From Terriglobia bacterium (lineage in GTDB: Bacteria; Acidobacteriota; Terriglobia; Bryobacterales; JACQDG01): a DNA stretch of 51,027 nt. The position numbers and the translations under genes were made by a program. Where the stretch lies: NCBI GenBank assembly GCA_041477005.1, contig JBGOUJ010000001.1, positions 1-51,027 of the forward strand, given 5' to 3'. Each line of letters begins with the position of its first letter. Positions within the stretch are counted from its first letter, which is position 1. Shown here one piece after another: positions 36,182 through 42,553 of the stretch. Under the pieces are notes generated by a model that made no database searches, was not told the DNA's origin, and saw only the letters and a program-made list of their open reading frames with translations.

Positions 36182-36433
36182 GTGAGGAACCGCGTCCGGA
36201 TTACGACGCCCTTTCCGTCGATTGAACAAACGGCGCGAACGCTTGGTGTATCCCAGCGCCGCGCCCGGCAATTGTCCAAGCTGGCCGAGGAAACTCTGGC
36301 CGCACTCGAAGCCCGGGCAGCCAAGTCGTCGGGAGTCTCGCTCCACGGCCTGGTGAAGGGCGTCAGCAGCCGCATGCCCGCTAAGAAGGTCCCGAAGGTC
36401 CGGGCGCCCAGGGCCGCCCGTGCTCGCCGATGA
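36182..36433 (+). CDS. small helix-turn-helix-like protein with basic C-terminal tail (start uncertain: TTG 36140 or GTG 36182)
   Basis: (V)RNRVRITTPFPSIEQTARTLGVSQRRARQLSKLAEETLAALEARAA...KKVPKVRAPRAARARR. The SIEQTARTLGVSQRRARQL segment looks like an HTH (sigma region 4/excisionase-like). The stop overlaps the next ATG (ATGA at 36430-36433). Confidence 0.5.
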   Translation: MRNRVRITTPFPSIEQTARTLGVSQRRARQLSKLAEETLAALEARAAKSSGVSLHGLVKGVSSRMPAKKVPKVRAPRAARARR

Positions 36434-37041
36434 AACGGCGGCTCTCCAGCCCGGCTATCGAACCCAACAGCGCCTTCCTCAATGTTCCCTACGACGATGG
36501 TTACGAAGACCTCTACCTGGCGTTCCTGGCCGGGCTCACCGCTTTCGGTCTCACCGCCCGGACCACCCTGGAGATCCCCGGCGGCGAGAGGCGCCTCGAT
36601 CGCATCTTCGAGCTGATCGCCGCTTGCCGCTATTCCTTCCACGACCTTTCGCGAGTCGAGCGCGACCCCGCGCCCCCGCCTACGCCGCGATTCAACATGC
36701 CTTTCGAGCTGGGCCTGGCGGTGGCCTGGCAAGGAATGAGCCGCCGCCGCGAACACACCTGGTTTGTGTTCGAATCCGTGAACCACCGCCTGCAAAAATC
36801 CTTGAGCGACCTGGACGGCACCGATCCCTACATTCACGACGGCACGGTCGACGGACTCTTCCGCGAGCTGAGCAACGCCCTGGTGAGAAGCCGCCGCCAG
36901 CCGAGCGTCCGCCGGATGTCCACCATCTATCAGGTTATCCGGAGCGACGCCCCCAAAATCAAGAGAGACGCCGGCGCCAAATCGCTCTTCGAAGCCCGCG
37001 TCTTCAAAGAGCTGGTCGTGTTAGCTCGCCTCGCAGGGTGA
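36430..37041 (+). CDS. TIR-like / nucleoside 2-deoxyribosyltransferase-like Rossmannoid protein (hypothetical)
   Basis: 203-aa ORF. AFLNVPYDDGYEDLY...LDRIFELIAACRYSFHDLSR...RFNMPFELGLAVA...HTWFVFES follows the strand/acidic/conserved-Glu layout (Glu93, codon 36706-36708) that I associate with the TIR / DUF1863 / deoxyribosyltransferase fold. The antisense ORF 36112..36837 is rejected. Confidence 0.6.
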   Translation: MKRRLSSPAIEPNSAFLNVPYDDGYEDLYLAFLAGLTAFGLTARTTLEIPGGERRLDRIFELIAACRYSFHDLSRVERDPAPPPTPRFNMPFELGLAVAWQGMSRRREHTWFVFESVNHRLQKSLSDLDGTDPYIHDGTVDGLFRELSNALVRSRRQPSVRRMSTIYQVIRSDAPKIKRDAGAKSLFEARVFKELVVLARLAG

Positions 37042-37044
37042 CAA

Positions 37045-37845
37045 TCAGGAACGGGTTGCCGAGGGCTGATGGCTGATGGCCCGCTTGGCCCGCGCCAGAT
37101 AGAAGGTTCGACACCCGGGACGGATCAGCGGATCGCCGCGAAAGAAGGGCGTCGCATCCCAGGAACGGATCCGATCGAAACCGGCCGAGCGCAAGCAGCG
37201 GCGGATTTCGGCTGGAGTCCAGCACACTTCTTCGATGCGCTCCCGAAATCGTCGCCAGCAGCGCCCCTCACGAACGAACCACTCGGCGATGGTCCAGCCC
37301 CTGTCCCGGCCGGAGTCGTAGCCGCCGTGCAGGACGAGCCCCAAGCCGGGCCGTTCCACCCACCACGTGCCCGGCCATATTTTCTGGAACGCCATCCGGT
37401 TGTTGACGTCGAACCAGAAATAGCCGCCCGGCCGCAGCGCCCGCGCCACCGCTCGCGCCACGAGGGCCAGATCGGCCTTGCGCGGGACATGATTGATGGC
37501 GTTGAACTCGCAAATCACCAGGTCGACCGGTTGCGGCAGGCGGAAGGATCGCATGTCGGCGCGAAGAACGCGAACGGGCACGCCCGCGCGAAGAGCTTTC
37601 TCGCGGGCCAGGCGGCACATGATCGGAGAAAGATCCACCGCGAAAACTTTGGCGCCTCCGCGCGCCAGATCCACCGCCGTCGTGCCCGTGCCACAGGCTA
37701 AGTCGCAAGCCGAGCCCAGCTCGGGCAGGACTTTACGGAGCAAGAGCCGGCGGGCCTCGTCAAACCAACGCCGGTGAAACGTAAAGAATAGGTCGTAATG
37801 CCGCGCCAGCAACCGGTACTGTTGGCCTGCTCGAAGTTGGGCCAT
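37045..37845 (-). CDS. class I SAM-dependent methyltransferase
   Basis: 266-aa ORF with motif I ACDLACGTGTTAVDLA, post-I VFAVDLS, and DLVICEFNAINHV. Confidence 0.85.
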   Translation of the reverse strand: MAQLRAGQQYRLLARHYDLFFTFHRRWFDEARRLLLRKVLPELGSACDLACGTGTTAVDLARGGAKVFAVDLSPIMCRLAREKALRAGVPVRVLRADMRSFRLPQPVDLVICEFNAINHVPRKADLALVARAVARALRPGGYFWFDVNNRMAFQKIWPGTWWVERPGLGLVLHGGYDSGRDRGWTIAEWFVREGRCWRRFRERIEEVCWTPAEIRRCLRSAGFDRIRSWDATPFFRGDPLIRPGCRTFYLARAKRAISHQPSATRS

Positions 37846-37960
37846 TGTTTCTAGTCTAGCTCTGGTGAGGCTCCGCCTCAGACCGACGAGGCGTGCTTCG
37901 CTGGGGGCTCAGGTTGAGCGGGGGCTTGGCGCGCGAGGTTCGGGACTGCCCGGCGCAATA

Positions 37961-39397
37961 TCAGCCGGCCGGCGGCCGCGACTGTTCGAGCAGCCGCTGT
38001 AATTCTTGGCGCATCTGTTTGAGAGCATCCCGCGCTGCAGGCTCGTCGATGCGGTTCTTCCTCTCGTAGGGATCGGTCTTCAGGTCGTAGAGTTCATCCA
38101 TCCCGGCAAGTTCCGTGTAATGGATGTACTTCCACCGTTCGGTCCGCACCGCCTGGTAACCCATATTCGAAACTCGCGGGAAGACCCGGTCCGAGAAATA
38201 TTCGATCAGGAACGAGGTTCTCCACCCTTTCGTATCTCCCTTCAACAGCGGAACCAGAGAACGTCCTTGCATATTGCTTGGAGCCACGATTCCGGCCAAT
38301 TCGAGCAGGGTCGGGGCGAGGTCGATATTCAGCGCGAGCGGATCCAGCCGGCTGCCGGGTTTGATCAGGCGTGGGTACCGGACGAGCAACGGGATGCGCG
38401 CTGATTCTTCGTACGCCAGACGCCGTTCGAAACTCAGCCCGTGCTCGCCGAAAAAATAGCCTTCATCGCTGGTAAAGACAAAGACGGTATTGTCCAACTG
38501 TCGCTTCTCGTCCAACGCCTGGAGCATCCGGCCCACGCCTTCGTCGACCGCCGCGAGCATCCGCAGCCGGTTGCGAATGGTCTCGTCGTCGGTTCCGGTG
38601 GCCGGGCCGAGCGGCGGCAGGCCGCCGATCTTGCGCTGGAGAGCCGGCTTACCCTCCGGCGCAGCTCTGGCGTTCGGCCGGCGGACGATGGGCCGGCCCG
38701 CGTAGAGCGACCGGTGCCGTTCGGCCGGCAGGAAGACGCCGCCGGTGGGATCGGAGACGCTGCCGTCCGCGTACTGGGTCAATTCCGGATGAACCGCTTT
38801 GTGAGCGAGGTAAAGCAAGAAAGGCTTTGTCCGCTCCCGCCGGAGGAACGCTACGGCGCGATCCGTGAGAATGTCCGTCATGTATCCCGGAACTTTCGCC
38901 GTCCGCCCGTCCGCGTTGATTTCCGGGTTGAGATACGAGCCTTGCCCTTTGAAGCTCACCCAATGATCGAACCCCGGGCGAGGCGCATCGTCGACCCCCA
39001 TGTGCCACTTGCCGATGAAGGCGTTTTCGTACCCGGCGCGCTGGACGAGCTGCGGGAAGGTGTGGAGCTGATGGCTGAGGGCCGACCGGTCGGTGTTGTC
39101 GAGGATCCGGTGCGAGTGCGCGTATTGCCCGGTAAGAAAGCTGGCCCGGCTCGGCGAGCACAGCGGCGTGGTCACGAACGCGTTGCGGAAAATCACGCCT
39201 TCCTTCGCAATCCGGTCGATGTTGGGCGTGGCGGCGAACGGATGCCCCATACAGCCCAGCTCATCCCAGCGCAGATCGTCCAGGAGGACGAAGACGATGT
39301 TAGGACGGGCATCCGGGCCGGCTCCGGTTGCAACCCGCCTTCCGCTTACGAGCGGCGCCGCCAGCAGCCGGAACAACAGATCTCGTCGAGAGTGCAT
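37961..39397 (-). CDS. sulfatase (formylglycine-dependent) with Tat-like signal
   Basis: 478-aa ORF. MHSRRDLLFRLLAAP is the signal. NIVFVLLDDLRWDELG and the active-site PLCSPSRASFLTGQY (CxPxR) follow. Confidence 0.9.
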   Translation of the reverse strand: MHSRRDLLFRLLAAPLVSGRRVATGAGPDARPNIVFVLLDDLRWDELGCMGHPFAATPNIDRIAKEGVIFRNAFVTTPLCSPSRASFLTGQYAHSHRILDNTDRSALSHQLHTFPQLVQRAGYENAFIGKWHMGVDDAPRPGFDHWVSFKGQGSYLNPEINADGRTAKVPGYMTDILTDRAVAFLRRERTKPFLLYLAHKAVHPELTQYADGSVSDPTGGVFLPAERHRSLYAGRPIVRRPNARAAPEGKPALQRKIGGLPPLGPATGTDDETIRNRLRMLAAVDEGVGRMLQALDEKRQLDNTVFVFTSDEGYFFGEHGLSFERRLAYEESARIPLLVRYPRLIKPGSRLDPLALNIDLAPTLLELAGIVAPSNMQGRSLVPLLKGDTKGWRTSFLIEYFSDRVFPRVSNMGYQAVRTERWKYIHYTELAGMDELYDLKTDPYERKNRIDEPAARDALKQMRQELQRLLEQSRPPAG

Positions 39398-39545
39398 CGT
39401 GAACCACTCCGCCCCGGCATTATACTCCTCGCCGACTCGCCAGGCCGGCAGAGGCGAACAACGCGATCGCCGCGCACTCTCGTGCCCGCAATAGAGAGTT
39501 CGCGCGTAGCGGCTTTGTTATGATTGATTCCGAGCGCCGGCCACG

Positions 39546-41216
39546 GTGGCGATTGTGCTTGGTTCCCGGCTCCAGATCTGCTTTCTCCTTCCGCTGTTCC
39601 CGATACTCGCGGCGATGGCGCAAAACGCTCCCGGGGCGGACGAGGAAGTGGGCAGCAAGACCTGCAGCGGCTGCCACCCGGAAATCTACCGGAAGTATTC
39701 CGCCACCAGCATGTCCCGCAGCAGCGGGAAAGTGGGAGAGGGCCCGTTCCAGGAGACTTTCGACCGCGCCCGTTTCTCCGATCCCGCCTTGGGCGCGGAG
39801 TATCGTGTCTCGCTCTCGGCGGAAGGCTACCGCTTGGAATTCTCGCGGGAACCGGCAGGCGTTCGAGGCGAGCGGATCCTGGCATGGTTCATCGGATCCG
39901 GCAGAGTGGCCCGCAGCTACGCGTCCTCGCTCGATGGCTTCCTGTTTCAGGCCCCGGTTTCTTACTATACGGGCCGCGCGAATTGGGGCCCTTCTCCGGG
40001 TTTCGAGCAGCACTCGTTCATCAATCTCACGCGGGCGGTGGGCACGAAGTGCCTGCAGTGTCACGCCAGCCGGCTGCAGCCGGTCGCCGGCGCCGAGACC
40101 CGCTTCCGCGCCCCGCCCTTTCTCGAAGGAGGCGTCAGTTGCGAGCGATGCCACGGGCCGGGAAAGAACCACGTGGCGAAGGTAATGGCGGGGGATCGCA
40201 AGGGACTGAGCGGGATCATCAACCCCGCGAAGATCGAGCCGGCGCGGCGGGACAGCGTCTGTGCACAATGCCATTTGACAGGCGCCGCCAGGGTCCCCCG
40301 CGCCCGTGCGACACGCGCGGCTTACCGGCCCGGAGAATTGCTGTCGGATTATACGGCCTATTTCGTCTGGACCGGCGCCACGTCTTCCGCCCTGAGCGCG
40401 GCCAGCCACTTCGAAAAGCTCCAGCAGAGTGCCTGCAAGAAAGCGAGTGCAGACCGGCTTTGGTGCGGCTCCTGTCACGACCCGCACTCCGAGCCGGAGC
40501 CAGCAACGCGGGCGGATTTCTACCGAGCGCGCTGCCGGAAATGTCACGAGGTCGCGGCCTGTAAGGAGGCCCTGGCCACGCGCCGCAAGGCTGAGGACGA
40601 TTGCATCAGGTGCCACATGCCGAAAGGTCAGGTCAGGGAGACCGAGCACGCTGTGTTCACGGATCACTCCATCCCGCGGCGCCAGCCCCATTCTGCCGGC
40701 TCCCCGGATTCCGGCCGGTCACTGGCGCCCTTCTGGAAGGGGCCAGTGGATGCCGAGCGCGATCTCGGCCTCGCCTACGCCACGGTGGCGGGCGGGGACG
40801 CTGCGTTGCGCCGGCGCGCCTTGGAGTTGTTGCGGAAAGCGGAGGCGCGGGATCCCGAGGACATAACTGTTCTTACCCAATTGGCCCAGTTCTATGAAGC
40901 GGCAGACCAGGAGGATCAAGCCATGGCCATGAGTGAGCGGATCGTACGTCTCGATCCATCGCAAGCGGCGGTAGCGGTCAACCTGGGAACCTACTATGTC
41001 CAACGGGGCCGCGCGCCGGAAGCGATGCGACTGTGGAAAGACGCGCTTTCGCGAAATCCGGGATTGACAGGCGCCAGGATCAACCTCGCAGTGGCGCAAT
41101 ATCGGGCCGGGGACGCGGCCGCCGCCGAGGCAACGCTGCTCCAGGCGCTGCATTATGATCCCGACCAGGATGCGGCACGGAAGCTCCTGGCGGAAATTCG
41201 GGCCGGGAGCAGATAG
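39546..41216 (+). CDS. multihaem c-type cytochrome (seven CxxCH) fused to C-terminal TPR repeats
   Basis: GTG start and signal peptide LQICFLLPLFPILAAMAQ. Haem motifs are CSGCH, CLQCH, CERCH, CAQCH, CGSCH, CRKCH and CIRCH. TPR-like helices follow (LTQLAQFYEAADQEDQAMAMSERIVRLDPS...). Confidence 0.85.
   Translation: MAIVLGSRLQICFLLPLFPILAAMAQNAPGADEEVGSKTCSGCHPEIYRKYSATSMSRSSGKVGEGPFQETFDRARFSDPALGAEYRVSLSAEGYRLEFSREPAGVRGERILAWFIGSGRVARSYASSLDGFLFQAPVSYYTGRANWGPSPGFEQHSFINLTRAVGTKCLQCHASRLQPVAGAETRFRAPPFLEGGVSCERCHGPGKNHVAKVMAGDRKGLSGIINPAKIEPARRDSVCAQCHLTGAARVPRARATRAAYRPGELLSDYTAYFVWTGATSSALSAASHFEKLQQSACKKASADRLWCGSCHDPHSEPEPATRADFYRARCRKCHEVAACKEALATRRKAEDDCIRCHMPKGQVRETEHAVFTDHSIPRRQPHSAGSPDSGRSLAPFWKGPVDAERDLGLAYATVAGGDAALRRRALELLRKAEARDPEDITVLTQLAQFYEAADQEDQAMAMSERIVRLDPSQAAVAVNLGTYYVQRGRAPEAMRLWKDALSRNPGLTGARINLAVAQYRAGDAAAAEATLLQALHYDPDQDAARKLLAEIRAGSR
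41178..41210 (+). repeat. direct repeat copy A (last codons of the cytochrome/TPR gene)
   Basis: cggaagctcctggcggaaattcgggccgggagc. It matches 42395-42427 at 30 of 33 positions by my hand alignment. Confidence 0.75.
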
Positions 41217-41218
41217 CC

Positions 41219-41632
41219 TTACCGCGTGGGATATCTGCCCAGGGCCTGAAGTAAGCGCCGTTCTTCGGTCCGCTCCGACGCATTCAGGCGCAGCAGGCGC
41301 GCTGTCACCACGCCCACCTCCGAGAGCGGATGAATGAGCTGGCCCTCGATCCGAAAATGATCGGCCCACCGATCCCGCCGAGGGTGAAACAGGCGCACCA
41401 CACGACCGCCAATGTCCAGTGAGGCCACATCGCTTCCCTTGTGCCGGTTGCACAGCGCACAGGCGTATGCCAGGTTGTCCGCTGTCGACAGCCCCCCGTG
41501 TTTTCGGCTCACAATGTGGTCGACCTGGAGCGGGAATCCTACGTCTGCTTCACGGATGAGGCAGCACTCGCAACAGCCGCCCGCGGGCCTGGCCGCCTCG
41601 AGTCGGAGGGCTTCGCTGACATCATTGGCCAC
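41219..41632 (-). CDS. HNH endonuclease
   Basis: 137-aa ORF with a GTG start. CCECCLIREADVGFPLQVDHIVSRKHGGLSTADNLAYACALCNRHKG contains the Cys pairs plus the His-Asn-His core of the HNH/McrA-like fold. Confidence 0.85.
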   Translation of the reverse strand: MANDVSEALRLEAARPAGGCCECCLIREADVGFPLQVDHIVSRKHGGLSTADNLAYACALCNRHKGSDVASLDIGGRVVRLFHPRRDRWADHFRIEGQLIHPLSEVGVVTARLLRLNASERTEERRLLQALGRYPTR

Positions 41633-41879
41633 GGGAAAGGATCTGGCGGGCCCTGGCCTTGGCCATTCTCAGGATGTGCTCCAGCTCCATGCAGTGATCC
41701 AGTTCCGACCTCTCCTCGGGCGACAAACCTTGGCCCTTCTCGCGGTCGATTAACTCAGCGACTCTCCGCTGTGCCTCCATTGAAGGTTGAAACTGGACAA
41801 CCGCCTCGGGCGTGGTGCCCGCAGCGATGAAGTCTATGATCTCGAAGTAGGCAGGGCTGGCTGCGTTCATTCTTTCCAT
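41622..41879 (-). CDS. small conserved-looking protein overlapping the HNH start (putative partner/antitoxin-like)
   Basis: MERMNAASPAYFEIIDFIAAGTTPEAVVQFQPSMEAQRRVAELIDREKGQGLSPEERSELDHCMELEHILRMAKARARQILSRGQ. The stop overlaps the HNH GTG by 11 nt. The F-x-PS...LS-x-EE-x-ELD-x(3)-LEH-x(3)-AKA-x-A pattern resembles small proteins I recall from cyanobacteria. Alternative starts are 41918 and 41870. Confidence 0.6.
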   Translation of the reverse strand: MERMNAASPAYFEIIDFIAAGTTPEAVVQFQPSMEAQRRVAELIDREKGQGLSPEERSELDHCMELEHILRMAKARARQILSRGQ

Positions 41880-41931
41880 TATACTGCCGAAGGGTCGATG
41901 CCGAAGAGATTCGCTCACGTGTTTTACGCTG

Positions 41932-42054
41932 TTTCCTGAGAAAGAGGCGGATCGCTTCGGAGGTGGAGAGGCCGATCTTCGAAAGGATCGCTTCGGTCGA
42001 CCTCTTCAGGCGGGGGCCGACGCGCGCGTGGATCATCCGGGTTTTTCCTGGCAT
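41932..42054 (-). pseudogene. RelB/DinJ-like ribbon-helix-helix antitoxin fragment (frame lost after about 40 codons)
   Basis: MPGKTRMIHARVGPRLKRSTEAILSKIGLSTSEAIRLFLRK matches the DinJ/RelB N-terminal RHH (vRiD..lK..A..vl..lGls.S.AirlFL). The frame then degenerates (QRKTRERISSAS...) and runs into the neighbouring ORF. Confidence 0.5.
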
Positions 42055-42394
42055 GAATTCGTCCTGGTCCGATTGTATCTCAATTGAGATACCGGCTGTC
42101 GATCTGGCCGGCGCCTGTGCGAGGCGCTTGCCGGAGGCCGGCGCGCCACCGAGCCGCGCGACAAGTAACGCTGGGATGTTAAGCCACCTGGGCGGCTACT
42201 TCGCAAATGTCTCGGTACTCGCCCTTTTCCAGGGCATCGATGGCCGCAACAACCATATCTGTGTGGGGTTGGACGCAGTCCAGGATGCTTCTTATTACTA
42301 TCGCGCCGATCTTCCCGCCCGCAGGTGTCCGGTAGGCCCCCCAATGGTGAGCAATCGGAACTCCCCGTTTCGGGAGAGCGGTATGGCGCCGGCG

Positions 42395-42427
42395 CGGAAG
42401 CTCCTGGCGGAAATTCAGGCTGGGAAC
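42395..42427 (+). repeat. direct repeat copy B (orphan copy of the cytochrome/TPR gene 3' end)
   Basis: cggaagctcctggcggaaattcaggctgggaac. In frame it would read RKLLAEIQAGN, versus RKLLAEIRAGS in copy A. Confidence 0.75.
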
Positions 42428-42452
42428 GCATACCCCCGGTAACGATGTAAAG

Positions 42453-42479
42453 GATCAAAAAGATCAAAAAGATCAAAAA
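42453..42479 (+). repeat. perfect triple tandem repeat GATCAAAAA
   Basis: gatcaaaaa gatcaaaaa gatcaaaaa at 42453-42479, immediately upstream of a TTGACA box. Each unit carries a GATC site and an A5 tract. Confidence 0.9.
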
Positions 42480-42484
42480 GGGCC

Positions 42485-42512
42485 TTGACATCTCCCCGCG
42501 GATGGTTATACC
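42485..42512 (+). promoter_or_regulatory. candidate sigma70 promoter (TTGACA-N16-TATACC) for TonB-dependent receptor 2
   Basis: TTGACA at 42485-42490 and TATACC at 42507-42512. AAGGGGG (42543-42549) precedes the GTG start at 42554. Confidence 0.5.
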
Positions 42513-42553
42513 ATCGGCCCAACCAAGGTAATGTCTGTACCTAAGGGGGTACT

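Noticed and set aside
36112-36837. 241-aa reverse ORF overlapping the HTH and TIR-like genes
   Set aside because: The plus-strand pair has coupled stop/start (ATGA), sensible codon third positions and recognisable motifs. The reverse translation is featureless and Arg/Ala-rich. Confidence in this choice is moderate, not absolute.
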